A DNA stretch of 64,000 bases, from NCBI GenBank assembly GCA_038844785.1, contig JAWBRA010000002.1:4237-68236 (forward strand). Direction: 5' to 3'. The DNA is from Candidatus Caldarchaeum sp. (GTDB lineage Archaea > Thermoproteota > Nitrososphaeria_A > Caldarchaeales > Caldarchaeaceae). Every line of letters starts with the position of its first letter. Position 1 is the first letter of the stretch. This document shows, one piece after another, positions 35,691-45,703 of the stretch. The position numbers and the translations under genes were made by a program. Under the pieces are notes generated by a model that ran no database searches, was not told where the DNA came from, and saw nothing but the letters and a program-made list of their open reading frames with translations.

Positions 35691-36667
35691 CCGCCAGCCC
35701 TCTTCAGTAAACTGAGCTTTGCTAAGAAGGCTTGGAGCTGTACCTCAGGCGTGCCTCCCTGCGATATTCGGTAGTCCGTCTCACCTAAAGCGTCAACAAG
35801 TTTTATCTTGTCATCTTCTGACACGTTCAGAGACGTTATTTCCCTCGACATGGAGAAGGTTATGTCTTGAGCTTGATGGCCTTGCATGTAAATTAAATCG
35901 CGTAAAAGGTCTCGAGCCTCTTTAAACTTCCCGTCGAGAGCTAGTTCAAGCATCCTCCTTACTTCACCCCTGCTCACAAGCCCCATAACTTTGTACACAG
36001 TTTTTTCATCAACTCTAGGGGATAGAGAAGCTGCAGACTGCAGTATGTTTATGGCCTTGCGCATGTCTCCCAGCGAAAACTCATAGATCGCCTGAACAGC
36101 CGAATCTTCAAGCGTTATCTTTTCGGCCTCAGCAATACGTCTCAGCATCCTCTCAACCATATTCATGCTAAGCGGCTTGAACCTCAGGACAGCACATCTT
36201 GATTGGATGGGTTCGATTATTCTGTTGCTGTAGTTTGCCGCCAGTATGAACCTGCATGTTGCTGAAAACTGCTCCATAGTCCTCCTGAAAGCATGCTGCG
36301 CGGCATCGGTAAGCTGGTCGCTTTCGTCTAGCAGTAAAATCCGAAAACCTATCCCACCAAACGGGACCGTCCTAGCATACGTTTTAACTCTCTCCCTTAT
36401 AGTTTCGATCCCTCTTTCGTCTGAGGCGTTGATTTCGACGAAGAGGCCGTCCTCGAGATATCTTGGCCCGAAAAGCTCTTGGGCGAAAGCATGAGCGGTG
36501 GCTGTCTTGCCTGTTCCCGGCGGGCCTGCGAAAAGCATGTGAGGAACGTTTTTTGTCGCGACAACGTTTTTCAACGTGGAAACAACCTCCTCCTGGTTCA
36601 CTACGTCGTCAAGCCTTCTCGGCCTGTATTTTTCAACCCATGGCAGATGAAGGTCTGTCGATGCCAA
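35687..36667 (-). CDS. rfcS: replication factor C small subunit
   Basis: 326 aa. WVEKYRP, GPPGTGKT, LLDESD, SRC motif (QSRCAV). No intein. Confidence 0.95.
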   Translation of the reverse strand: MASTDLHLPWVEKYRPRRLDDVVNQEEVVSTLKNVVATKNVPHMLFAGPPGTGKTATAHAFAQELFGPRYLEDGLFVEINASDERGIETIRERVKTYARTVPFGGIGFRILLLDESDQLTDAAQHAFRRTMEQFSATCRFILAANYSNRIIEPIQSRCAVLRFKPLSMNMVERMLRRIAEAEKITLEDSAVQAIYEFSLGDMRKAINILQSAASLSPRVDEKTVYKVMGLVSRGEVRRMLELALDGKFKEARDLLRDLIYMQGHQAQDITFSMSREITSLNVSEDDKIKLVDALGETDYRISQGGTPEVQLQAFLAKLSLLKRAGG

Positions 36668-36690
36668 GCGTCATCCACCTAAGCCTTTGC

Positions 36691-37494
36691 TCAAAGCTTA
36701 AATATGTTTTTAGCGTTTTCCGACGTAACCTCAACCACCTTGTCTAACGGTATGTTTTTTAGACGTGATATAGCTTCAGCCGAGATTATGATGTTTGCGG
36801 GAGTGTTTACAACGCCTCTCTCAGGGCCCAGAACGGGTGCATCGCTTTCCAGCATAAGGTTTTCAAGCCCCAGCCTTTTTACCATCTTTTGCTTCTGCTC
36901 AGACCTGACGACCGAGGGCGGGACTGAGAAGAAGAAACCTTTTGAAGCTCCTCTGAAGGCCTCGCTTGCCGCACCGTCGAAGGCATGCATAACCACTTTT
37001 TCAGCACCAGCCTCTATCAAAACATCTAACGCATACTTTCCCGCGCTGCGTGAATGGATGACTAGGGGGAGACCTGTTTCTTTAGCGAGGCTGATGAATT
37101 CTTTAAACACTCTCAGCTGGTTTTCACGCGTTTCCCGTTTACCCCAGTAGTAGTCAAGGCCGACCTCGCCGACGGCCACTATCTTATCCTTGTTTCTCTC
37201 GATGAGCTCGATGACTTTTTCATAGTCGTTTAGGTCGTAGGGCTCGACTCCCAGTGAGGCGTGGACGAAGCTGTTGTCGGCTATCGAAAGGGCTTTTAAA
37301 CAGTCGGCGTAGCCTATCCCCGAGGTTATCACGGCAACGACCCCAGCCTGTTTAGCCTCCTCCAATATTTTTCCAAGGTTTGTGTAAAGCGGTTCCTCAG
37401 TCAGGTGGCAGTGGATGTCTATCACAAAAGCATCATTCAAACGTTGCGATTTAAAGATGTGAAAAGCCGCCAGCGGCATAGAATCATGCAACAT
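36691..37494 (-). CDS. tatD: TatD-family metal-dependent hydrolase/DNase
   Basis: IDIHCHL, GEVGLDY, VIHSR, HAFDG, ESDAP motifs. Confidence 0.85.
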   Translation of the reverse strand: MLHDSMPLAAFHIFKSQRLNDAFVIDIHCHLTEEPLYTNLGKILEEAKQAGVVAVITSGIGYADCLKALSIADNSFVHASLGVEPYDLNDYEKVIELIERNKDKIVAVGEVGLDYYWGKRETRENQLRVFKEFISLAKETGLPLVIHSRSAGKYALDVLIEAGAEKVVMHAFDGAASEAFRGASKGFFFSVPPSVVRSEQKQKMVKRLGLENLMLESDAPVLGPERGVVNTPANIIISAEAISRLKNIPLDKVVEVTSENAKNIFKL

Positions 37495-37696
37495 TTATTT
37501 ACTTTGAGCTCGTCTCCGGTCTACATAATCCTTCACCAGATAATGGCATAACCTTTCACCCAACACCCAAACCTGCCCGGATACGGAAAAGCATTCCAGC
37601 CGATCATCCCAGAGGAAAAGAAACCATAGCCAGCGTAACAGCAAGCTCAAATATCCACCAGCACGTGTTCTTCTGGATGCTTTTGGGCTGAAGCAT

Positions 37697-37996
37697 ATGC
37701 TAACATGTGTTTGTGGTAATGAGATAAGGGATGTAGACGACCTTGAGTTCAGCCACGTGGCTGATGGTGTTGTCAAAGCAAGGTGTAAAAACAGGTTTTG
37801 CAAACTTGAAGAAGTTCTTGAGATGTTTGTATCGGATAAAAAGGCTGAAGTAAGGTTTTCTGCCATGTTCAGCGACTACAACCTTCTTACCATGGGAAGC
37901 GATGTGCTGGAGAAACGTCTTAAAGATTTTGGTAACAGAATTGTGGAAAGGGTTGCTGGCGGAAAAGGTTTAAAGACACGTGTTAGCTATAGATGA
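37697..37996 (+). CDS. hypothetical small Cys-containing protein
   Basis: 99 aa with more protein-like composition than the overlapping minus-strand ORF. Stop lies 3 nt before the 38000 gene. Confidence 0.4.
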   Translation: MLTCVCGNEIRDVDDLEFSHVADGVVKARCKNRFCKLEEVLEMFVSDKKAEVRFSAMFSDYNLLTMGSDVLEKRLKDFGNRIVERVAGGKGLKTRVSYR

Positions 37997-37999
37997 TTC

Positions 38000-38656
38000 A
38001 TGACCTACACCTACAAAGGGGTGGAGATAACTTGGCTTGGTCACGACAGCTTTGTCATCAAGAAAGACAAAACCATCTACATAGACCCTTACAAAATAAG
38101 GGCGGGTCCTCTTGCCGACATAGTTTTGATAACTCATGATCACTTTGACCATCTCAGCCTCGACGACCTCAGGAAAATCGTCACCGAAAAGACGACAATT
38201 GTCGCGGCTAAGAACTGTGAGCAGGAGTTGAGAAAGCTTGGCAAAGGCATCGTCAAATATATGGCTGCGGGTGACAGCCTAACGCTAGACAACGTTTCAA
38301 TAAAGGCTGTACCAGCCTACAACGTTAACAAGTTTAGGGAGCCTGGGAAGGTTTTTCATCCAAAGGAATACGGCGGCGTCGGCTACGTCATAACAGTGGA
38401 CAAGGTTTCCATCTACCATGCCGGAGACACAGACTTCATTCCAGAGATGAGAGAGCTAAAGGTTGATGTGGCTTTGCTGCCTGTCAGCGGAACCTACGTA
38501 ATGACGGCGGCCGAGGCTGTGGAAGCTGCTAGCGCGATAAAACCAGCTGTCGTCATACCGATGCATTATGGAGCCATCGTAGGCTCGGAGAAAGACGCCG
38601 AGGAGTTCAAAAGGCTTTACAAAGGTGAGACGGTAATACTCAAGAAACAGGGTTAA
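38000..38656 (+). CDS. MBL-fold metal-dependent hydrolase (UPF0173-like)
   Basis: 218 aa. ITHDHFDH motif and the small single-domain architecture. Confidence 0.8.
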   Translation: MTYTYKGVEITWLGHDSFVIKKDKTIYIDPYKIRAGPLADIVLITHDHFDHLSLDDLRKIVTEKTTIVAAKNCEQELRKLGKGIVKYMAAGDSLTLDNVSIKAVPAYNVNKFREPGKVFHPKEYGGVGYVITVDKVSIYHAGDTDFIPEMRELKVDVALLPVSGTYVMTAAEAVEAASAIKPAVVIPMHYGAIVGSEKDAEEFKRLYKGETVILKKQG

Positions 38657-38658
38657 AG

Positions 38659-39108
38659 ATGACAGAATGCAGGGAAGGCCACGACCACATCTACTATGGA
38701 GCATTAAACATCTACAAAAAAAGAGAGCTTCTCAAAGTTGTAGATGTCTGGCGGTGCAGACGATGCGGCAACATCAGGGTGGGTGTTAGAGGACCTGAGG
38801 TCCTAACCTCGACTGAGGGGATGATGCCTGAAACAGCTGCCGGCAAACACTGGATTTTACTGGTCTGTAAAGCCGGCGAGGAACCAGCCTACGAGATGTT
38901 TCAAGTATCTGACTCACAGTACCTAGACCACAGATGTCCCAGCCTCCCCGCTGGCGAACGGCTATACTACGTCCGAGGAGCTGGGGTATTCTATGGATTG
39001 GACGGACCCCCCGCAGGCATGCATTACGTGTATGAGCTGGAAAAAACAGTTAGAGGGTATATTGATTTGGCGAAGACTCCCCCCGAGGTTGTTACGTTAA
39101 TCAGGTGA
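38659..39108 (+). CDS. hypothetical protein
   Basis: 149 aa. Starts 3 nt after the MBL gene. One CRRCG pair. No family recognised. Confidence 0.45.
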   Translation: MTECREGHDHIYYGALNIYKKRELLKVVDVWRCRRCGNIRVGVRGPEVLTSTEGMMPETAAGKHWILLVCKAGEEPAYEMFQVSDSQYLDHRCPSLPAGERLYYVRGAGVFYGLDGPPAGMHYVYELEKTVRGYIDLAKTPPEVVTLIR

Positions 39109-39525
39109 AAAGCCTTCGGGGATTTTTGAGAGATGCTCGTGAACTATCTTCCAGCCCTGCTTAGTTTTCCGCAGTAAGACGCTGCATCGCACCGTTGCGT
39201 CTATCATCCGGCCCTCGAAGGCATAGTCGTTTACAGCCATCCCCCTATACCTCATCAGGAAGACAGCTAAAGCAGTGTCTTCCATCAGCTCTACCGTTGG
39301 CTGCATCATTTCGTACTCGAAGTCAACCAGCTCAGTCAACAGACTTGCTTTAAGCTTCAACGCCTCATCCCGCTCTTGAAGCCTGAAAGGTGGAAGGTCG
39401 CTGTACCTGGTATAATTCTCTGCATGAAGCTCGTTGAACGCTTCGAACATCCCGTTCTTGCCTAGCTCAAAGCATTTCCTAATAGTTTCAAGAATCTCAT
39501 CGGATGGATTCAAGGCTGATCTCAC
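39097..39525 (-). CDS. SnoaL/NTF2-like (DUF4440-type) protein
   Basis: 142 aa. The C-terminal R.T.V..K...GWKIVHEH pattern is typical of NTF2-like folds. Confidence 0.55.
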   Translation of the reverse strand: MRSALNPSDEILETIRKCFELGKNGMFEAFNELHAENYTRYSDLPPFRLQERDEALKLKASLLTELVDFEYEMMQPTVELMEDTALAVFLMRYRGMAVNDYAFEGRMIDATVRCSVLLRKTKQGWKIVHEHLSKIPEGFSPD

Positions 39526-39775
39526 CGTTCAAGATTTTTTGCGTGAGCTCAAGCTCCAGGCTGTTTATTTCTTCGTATGTAACGCCTTTTCCCAAGAGGG
39601 TCTTCAAATCTTCTTCTTCGACCGATGCCTTGACGTTTGGTCCGCCGACGCTTTGGTAAACCACTCCCTCAAACCTTACGTCCATCCCTTTCCAGCGAAT
39701 TTTTCCACGAAAAACCTTAAACGGATAATCACCCATAACGTCTGTTATGCTCACTTCTTCAATCAACAACCACAC
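39497..39775 (-). CDS. hypothetical protein
   Basis: 92-aa ORF overlapping both neighbours in an operon-like chain. No family recognised. Confidence 0.4.
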   Translation of the reverse strand: MWLLIEEVSITDVMGDYPFKVFRGKIRWKGMDVRFEGVVYQSVGGPNVKASVEEEDLKTLLGKGVTYEEINSLELELTQKILNGEISLESIR

Positions 39776-40172
39776 CCTTTACGGAGTGCAGAAAACCTTC
39801 CACAAGCTTTCTCCGCATGTTCTCACGCGGCATACGTTTAAGCCATTCAGAGAGGTGGCTTACCAGCTTTTTGATAAACAGGTCAACGTCGCGGACGTTT
39901 TTCAACGCCGCCGCAGGAAGTGATTCAAAAGGTATTTCAGCAACCGATGTCTGCATGAAAGGCCCGAACTCGTCTCTGGAAACTTTAACAGCGATGAGCC
40001 TGCCGCCTTCAAGCATGTAGGTTACTCCGGCTATGCTTGCAATCTCCAGCCCCCATTCAATGCCTGGCGGCGAGAACGGGAGAAGGGATTCCAGAAGTTT
40101 GAGCAGGTTTTCGTCCGACGGCTCCCGCCTGGCCTCCAAGTAAACACTGCGAAAACGTTCCACATAATCCAT
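39759..40172 (-). CDS. hypothetical protein
   Basis: 137-aa ORF, first gene of the minus-strand trio. No family recognised. Confidence 0.45.
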   Translation of the reverse strand: MDYVERFRSVYLEARREPSDENLLKLLESLLPFSPPGIEWGLEIASIAGVTYMLEGGRLIAVKVSRDEFGPFMQTSVAEIPFESLPAAALKNVRDVDLFIKKLVSHLSEWLKRMPRENMRRKLVEGFLHSVKGVVVD

Positions 40173-40314
40173 GGTAGATCAGCAGAGGACGTGTCTAAAG
40201 ACTTTATCCGAAGACCTCTCTGGATGAGGTTTTCCACCGAAAACTAGGCTAGGTATTCAGAACAGCCGGCAGCCACGTTTCTGTAACAGTTTTTTAGCAG
40301 CTGGGTTAGGCTTA

Positions 40315-40782
40315 ATGGCGTTGAAGGATGTTGAAAGCTTTGTCAGGAAGTTTTTCCCAGCAGACTTTTCCGACAGGGAAAGGGCTGTTTTCGAGGCGGG
40401 CATAGCGCTGGGCGCGATAGTCCATTCGGTTACAGGTTTCCCCATAGCTGCTGACGTCAAAGGTTTCATAGAGAAAGCTGTTGAAAAGAGCTTCATGCTC
40501 CAGCCCTACAGAAACAGGATAAAGCTGAGGGTGACGGGCTTTTCTAGGAAGGGCGGGCTTTACAGCTACGGAACTTTAACGCCTGAAAACCTGAACGTAT
40601 TGGTGGAGGTGTGCTATGGGAAGGCGGTGGTTGAGGCGAGGATGCGTTACGTCAAAAAGCTACGTTACCCGCTGATGTATGTTTCGAAGGCTATTCAGAG
40701 AAGAGACGTCGTCTCTCCTCGTCCATGTAGGCAGACTCGTAGGGCAGTAGCTCGCCGTAAACCCTCAAATGCTCTGGGCTGA
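40315..40782 (+). CDS. archaeal-type dihydroneopterin aldolase (MptD-like), tentative
   Basis: [19 protein letters not shown]...G.P pattern as in the archaeal DHNA family. The last 30 or so codons run antisense to the dnaJ 3' end and look non-conserved. Confidence 0.45.
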   Translation: MALKDVESFVRKFFPADFSDRERAVFEAGIALGAIVHSVTGFPIAADVKGFIEKAVEKSFMLQPYRNRIKLRVTGFSRKGGLYSYGTLTPENLNVLVEVCYGKAVVEARMRYVKKLRYPLMYVSKAIQRRDVVSPRPCRQTRRAVARRKPSNALG

Positions 40783-41803
40783 TATGTTCTGGAAGCACAA
40801 GCTTTAGCCGTACCTCAAGGTCTCCGCGTTTCCCGTTCCTCAACGGCAGCCCTCTACCCCTGAAGACAACCGGTGTGTCAAGGCTCTCCCTACTCAGCTT
40901 AACCCTCAATACACCGTCAAACGATTTAACAGATATCTCCCTTCCAGCAACCACTTCACTCGGAGACACTGGAAGAAACATCACAAGCCTGTCGCCGTTG
41001 AGGATGAACTGTCGGCCAGGTCTGAGCTTAAGACGGATTATCAAATCGCCCCTTCTCCCCGATTCACGGTCAAACAAACCCTTACCCCTCAAAACGATTG
41101 TGTCGCCGTCGGCAGAGCCTGGCGGGATGTCGACCACCAGTCTTTCAGTCTTCTCGACGAAGCCTCTCCCCCTGCAGACGGTGCACGCCTTCCTCACTAT
41201 TGTTCCGGAGCCGCTGCAACGGCTGCATGTGGTTACAGAGGTGAAGTACATGAAACCTGTTTGGACACGTTCGACTTTCTGGCCTGTGCCGTTGCAGGCG
41301 GAGCATCTTTCCACGTATCCTGGCTCGCCGCCTGAGCCGTTGCATCTATGGCATGTTTCCGTGGTTGTGATTGGCACCTCTTTCTTAGAGCCTTTGAAAA
41401 CATCGTACAACGAGACCTCTGCCTCTACGTAGGTAGGGGCTGGTTGCCTAGGCCTTTTGCGGAAGCCGAAAAACCTTTCGAAGATAGTTTCAAAATCGCC
41501 CAGCCCAAGGTCTTTGAACAACTCGTCGAAGTCAAACCAAGTGGAGCGGAACAGGTCTTCGGTGCTGTATGTCTTGGACACGCCCGCTCTTCCATACATA
41601 TCGTAAAGCCTTCGCTTCTCATCGTCGATGAGCACAGCGTATGCCTCGCTTATCTCCTTAAACTTCTCCTCAGCGTCCGGCGACTTGTTGCGGTCGGGAT
41701 GGTATTGGAGAGCTAGCCTTCTGTACGCTCTCTTAATCTCCTCCTTGCTAGCGTTGCGGGGGACGCCGAGTATTTCGTAGTAGTCTTTTCCATTATCTGC
41801 CAT
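40691..41803 (-). CDS. dnaJ: chaperone DnaJ
   Basis: J-domain with HPD (YHPDRN), G/F region, four CxxCxGxG repeats. Confidence 0.95.
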   Translation of the reverse strand: MADNGKDYYEILGVPRNASKEEIKRAYRRLALQYHPDRNKSPDAEEKFKEISEAYAVLIDDEKRRLYDMYGRAGVSKTYSTEDLFRSTWFDFDELFKDLGLGDFETIFERFFGFRKRPRQPAPTYVEAEVSLYDVFKGSKKEVPITTTETCHRCNGSGGEPGYVERCSACNGTGQKVERVQTGFMYFTSVTTCSRCSGSGTIVRKACTVCRGRGFVEKTERLVVDIPPGSADGDTIVLRGKGLFDRESGRRGDLIIRLKLRPGRQFILNGDRLVMFLPVSPSEVVAGREISVKSFDGVLRVKLSRESLDTPVVFRGRGLPLRNGKRGDLEVRLKLVLPEHISPEHLRVYGELLPYESAYMDEERRRLFSE

Positions 41804-41805
41804 GG

Positions 41806-43593
41806 CTAGCTCTTAGGCTCCTTTCCGGAGCCGACGGCTCCCTGCCCGTAAACGGCCCCACCTATCTTCTGGGCTGACTTCCTAAGTTTTTCGAGAGCGT
41901 CTTTAATTGCCTGTATATCTTTTCCAGAGAGTGCGTCTCTCAGCTTTTTCACATCCTCCTCCACTTCCTTCTTGGTGTCGGCGGGAACCTTGTCGCCCAG
42001 CTCGTTCAACGCCTTCTCAACCGTGTATATCATGGCGTCTGCCTCGTTCCGCAGCTCCGCCTCCTGCTTCTTCCTTCTATCCTGCTCCGCATACTGCTCA
42101 GCCTCCCTAATCATCCTCTCAACCTCCTCTTTCGACAGCCTATGTGGAGCTGTTATTTTCACGCTCACATCCTTACCCGTTCCAAGGTCTTTAGCCGTAA
42201 CTGTCAAGATGCCGTCTGCGTTTATGTCGAAGGTGACCTCTATCTTCGGCACACCTCTTGGAGCTGGCGGTATGCCTGACAGCGTGAACCTGCCGAGTGA
42301 GACGTTGTCAGCAGCCATCGGCCTCTCTCCCTGCAGAACATGTATCTCGACGCTCGTCTGGAAATCAGCGGCTGTCGTGAAGATCTCGCTCCGCCTCACA
42401 GGTATCGTAGTGTTCCTGTCGATTATTTTTGTGAATATGCCTCCCAGCGTTTCGACGCCGAGTGAGATGGGAACCACGTCGAGGAGCACGATGTCCTTGT
42501 CTTTCAGCTCGCCGGAGAGTATTGCAGCTTGTATTGCCGCTCCCATCGCAACACACTCCATAGGGTCAACGCCCCGCTCAGGCTCCTTTCCCAAAACCTC
42601 TTTTATGAAAGCTTGGACTATGGGCATCCTAGTCGGCCCGCCAACCAGTATTATCTTGTCTATGTCCTCGGGCCGTAGCTTCGCGTCCTGGAGAGCCTGC
42701 ATGATGGGGCCTCGGCATCTCTCCACAATAGGTCTGACGAGCTGCTCCAAGGTTGCCCTGGTTATGCGCATGTAAAGGTTTTTAGGCCCTGAAGAGTCGT
42801 AGGCTATGTACGGAAGGTTTATCTCAGTCTCAGTCATCGACGACAGCTCTATCTTAGCTCTCTCAGCAGCTTCCCTTACCCGGTTCATGGCGGAAGCATC
42901 CTTCCGCAGGTCTATCCCAGTTTCCTTCCTGTAGCTGTCAACGATGTAGTCAATCAAGGCCCTGTCCATGTCAGTTCCACCCAGCTGCGTATCTCCGGAA
43001 GTTGCTTTAACCTCAAAAACGCCTTGGCCGAACTCCATGATAGTTACGTCTAACGTTCCGCCCCCTAAGTCGAAAACAAGTATCTTCATCTCCTGGTCTA
43101 GCTTGTTCAAGCCGTAGGCTAGGGCGGCTGCGGTGGGCTCGTTTATTATTCTCACGACCTCAAGGCCGGCTATAACCCCAGCGTCTTTCGTTGCCTGTCT
43201 CTGGTTATCGTTGAAGTAGGCGGGCACCGTTATCACAGCTTTCTTTACAGGCTCGCCCAGAAACGCCTCGGCATCCCTCTTGATTTTCTGAAGCAGGAAA
43301 GCGGAGAGCTGCTGCGGGGTTAACTCTTTTCCATGTAAAACGTATTTGTAGTCGGTCCCCATTTTCCTCTTCCAAGCTGTTACTGTTCCATCAGGGTTTA
43401 GGACGGCCTGCCTCCTCGCCGGCTCGCCCACTATTAGTTCGCCTTCCTTCGTTATGGCTACGTATGAGGGGAAGGCTTTTCCGTAGAGCGTGACCCCTTC
43501 AATCGACGGAATTATTGTAGGTCTACCTCCTATTACCACGGCTGCAGCCGAGTTGCTGGTCCCAAGGTCTATACCGATTATCTTTTCAGCCAT
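41806..43593 (-). CDS. dnaK: chaperone DnaK (Hsp70)
   Basis: 595 aa. [28 protein letters not shown] signatures. Confidence 0.97.
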   Translation of the reverse strand: MAEKIIGIDLGTSNSAAAVVIGGRPTIIPSIEGVTLYGKAFPSYVAITKEGELIVGEPARRQAVLNPDGTVTAWKRKMGTDYKYVLHGKELTPQQLSAFLLQKIKRDAEAFLGEPVKKAVITVPAYFNDNQRQATKDAGVIAGLEVVRIINEPTAAALAYGLNKLDQEMKILVFDLGGGTLDVTIMEFGQGVFEVKATSGDTQLGGTDMDRALIDYIVDSYRKETGIDLRKDASAMNRVREAAERAKIELSSMTETEINLPYIAYDSSGPKNLYMRITRATLEQLVRPIVERCRGPIMQALQDAKLRPEDIDKIILVGGPTRMPIVQAFIKEVLGKEPERGVDPMECVAMGAAIQAAILSGELKDKDIVLLDVVPISLGVETLGGIFTKIIDRNTTIPVRRSEIFTTAADFQTSVEIHVLQGERPMAADNVSLGRFTLSGIPPAPRGVPKIEVTFDINADGILTVTAKDLGTGKDVSVKITAPHRLSKEEVERMIREAEQYAEQDRRKKQEAELRNEADAMIYTVEKALNELGDKVPADTKKEVEEDVKKLRDALSGKDIQAIKDALEKLRKSAQKIGGAVYGQGAVGSGKEPKS

Positions 43594-43681
43594 GTTTTAT
43601 TCACCCGCTTGATAGGTCCTAACCCATCGTCTTCAGAACTCGAATTAAAATCTAGCGCCTGCTAAACAGCCGCTTAAAGCC

Positions 43682-44161
43682 CTACACTGTTTCGTGTTTC
43701 CTAGGCCTTGCAACCCGTACCTTCGGCGGTTTTAGAACCTTGTCCCGCAGCCGGTAGCCAGGCGAAACAACGTCCGCCACAGTATCTACAGCAACATCAT
43801 CACTCTCGAAAAATTCTACGGCCTCGTGGTCGAAAGGGTTGAACTCCTTCCCGACGACATCCATTCTCTCAACCCCCTCTGACTGCAGAATCTTCTCCAG
43901 CTCTTTTAAAAGCATGGTTAAAGCTTCGTACAGTGTTTCAGAGATATCCTCTTGCTTTAAGCCGTTGACCACCCTTCCGAAATCCTCGTAGAACGTTAAA
44001 AATTTCCTGACCAATCTTTCAACAGCAGCTGTCTCAGCTCTTTTCGTCTCATGCTCCATCAACCGCCTCAAGTTCATCAACTCGGCCCTAGCATACATCA
44101 AACTGTCCATCAACTCCTTCTTTTCAGCCTCCAAAGCCTTGATTATATCTTCCCCAGACAT
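43682..44161 (-). CDS. grpE: nucleotide exchange factor GrpE
   Basis: Coiled-coil N-terminus and FNP..HEA / GY motifs. The start is set at the ATG at 44161; the track ORF begins at a TTG 9 nt upstream. Confidence 0.85.
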   Translation of the reverse strand: MSGEDIIKALEAEKKELMDSLMYARAELMNLRRLMEHETKRAETAAVERLVRKFLTFYEDFGRVVNGLKQEDISETLYEALTMLLKELEKILQSEGVERMDVVGKEFNPFDHEAVEFFESDDVAVDTVADVVSPGYRLRDKVLKPPKVRVARPRKHETV

Positions 44162-44171
44162 CCTGAACAAA

Positions 44172-44200
44172 GGAAATTTCCGGCCTCTATTATATTATAA
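44172..44200 (-). promoter_or_regulatory. grpE promoter: TATA element (44187-44200) plus GGAAATTTCC palindrome (44172-44181)
   Basis: Minus-strand TTATAATATAATAG ends 26 nt upstream of the ATG. A perfect 10-bp palindrome lies between the TATA box and the start. Confidence 0.45.
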
Positions 44201-44707
44201 CACAAATTTTCCTGTAAAGGGTTTGTGTTTTCAACGGAAATTGAAGGTGGGGAAAATAGGGGAGGTTTGGCTGGAGGCCGTCAACCAGAACAGCATCAAG
44301 GAAACCCTTTGTAGAGGGAGGGGGGTTTTAAGGCGGGTATGAGGTTACGTCAGGAAGAGTCTTAGAATATTAAAAACCTACCCCATCACAAGGCTAACGA
44401 CGGAAGACAGGTTAGAACAGACATGTGGGTTGAGGATGGAATACCACGGTCCACTTTGAAGAGCCTCCGTTCATTCCCTCAGGTGTTCAGCCACAATAAG
44501 ATAGGGGAGAATGGTTATGTAGTGTATGCCATAAAACATTCGAGAACAGGGATAGACGCCCCAACTGCAACAGAGCATTAAGAAAAAAGAAACTCTATAA
44601 GGACTGTCGCACTTTTTCAGGAGGTTATGAAGACCGGTAAACAACTTTTCCTATTTGTCTTTCGGGAAATAGGTTTAAACCCTAGCCGTTGAACTTTCGC
44701 ATTAGGT

Positions 44708-44989
44708 TTGAGCGAGGGTTCGACGTCTGTGTTTGTCATTCCGTTGGCTAAGGCGTGGAAAGCTTCCCGGCTTAGAAGGGCTGACGCAGCAATACGGCTG
44801 GTGAGAGAGTTTGCTAGGAGGCACACCAAGGCAGCGAACGTGAAGATCTCACCTAAGGTAAGCGAGAAAATCTGGGAGAAGGGACGGCAAAATCCACCTA
44901 GGCGTATTAGAGTTGTTTTCGAAAAAGAAGATGAAAACACAGTTGTAGTGATGCTTGAGGGAGAGAAGAGGGAGGAAAAGGAGGAGTAG
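44708..44989 (+). CDS. rpl31e: 50S ribosomal protein L31e
   Basis: 93 aa. VIPL..A......R...AI..VREFA.RH pattern of L31e. TTG start. Confidence 0.85.
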   Translation: MSEGSTSVFVIPLAKAWKASRLRRADAAIRLVREFARRHTKAANVKISPKVSEKIWEKGRQNPPRRIRVVFEKEDENTVVVMLEGEKREEKEE

Positions 44990-45000
44990 ATGAATCAAGT

Positions 45001-45669
45001 ATGCAGATTCGTTTGGAAACTGTTTTAGGCTCGGCTGAGGTAGGTCTCTTCGCCCTCGCTACCGACAAATACCTGCTCATATCAAAGTTTGTAAATCCTT
45101 CGAAACGCAGGGTCTTTGAAGAGGTGTTGAACACTAAAGCCATACCAGTATCCTTGGCGGACAGCATTTTGCTGTCTCCTTTCGCAGCCGGCAACTCAAA
45201 CGGCCTCATCCTCACAAGCCTAGCTCTTGACGAAGAGCTGGAAAAAATCCGTCAAAACATCCCCGACATCAACGTAGCCAAAATCGACTCAAAATATACT
45301 GCGATAGGCAATCTGGTCCTCTGCAACGATAAAGGCGCCCTTGTAAGCCCAATCCTCGGAAAAACCGCTGTAAAAACAATAGGCGAAATTCTTGGGGTTG
45401 AAACCGCTTCAGCCACCATTGCGGGCAGGACATACCTCGGGTCTCTGGCGGTGGCTACCAACAGCGGCGCCTTAATACACATAGACGCAAACGAAGACGA
45501 GGTGAAAACCGTTAAAAACGTTTTAAAGGTTGACGTAGAGCTGGGAACGGTGAACGGAGGGGTGCGTTTCCCGAGAAGCAGCATAGTTGCCAACTCATGG
45601 GGTGTTGTGGCAGGAGCTAGGACCACAGGACCGGAGCTGATGACAATAACAAGGGTTTTCCAGAGGTGA
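45001..45669 (+). CDS. eif6: translation initiation factor 6 (aIF6)
   Basis: 222 aa with pentein repeats carrying recurrent G.L...N..G.LV motifs. Confidence 0.9.
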   Translation: MQIRLETVLGSAEVGLFALATDKYLLISKFVNPSKRRVFEEVLNTKAIPVSLADSILLSPFAAGNSNGLILTSLALDEELEKIRQNIPDINVAKIDSKYTAIGNLVLCNDKGALVSPILGKTAVKTIGEILGVETASATIAGRTYLGSLAVATNSGALIHIDANEDEVKTVKNVLKVDVELGTVNGGVRFPRSSIVANSWGVVAGARTTGPELMTITRVFQR

Positions 45670-45703
45670 CGTTATTAGGGGGCTCACCTCAGGGTCTTGA
45701 GGA

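Noticed and set aside
37495-37866. 123-aa minus-strand ORF abutting tatD.
   Set aside because: The translation is Ser/Leu-rich and low in complexity. The overlapping plus-strand 99-aa ORF has better composition and couples to the next gene.
40691-40782. A 92-nt convergent overlap between the MptD-like gene and dnaJ as a possible antisense regulatory arrangement.
   Set aside because: The overlapping tail of the MptD-like ORF (..[30 protein letters not shown]) looks like a non-conserved extension past the family's usual C-terminus. It is most simply a drifted stop codon.
41972-42775. 267-aa plus-strand ORF, and similar long ORFs at 59592-60374, 40875-41432, 36704-37150, 25977-26459 and 12171-12671.
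   Set aside because: All lie antisense to strongly supported genes (dnaK, crotonase, dnaJ, tatD, mcm, glcD). All have Ser/Leu/Pro/Thr-rich low-complexity translations typical of shadow ORFs.
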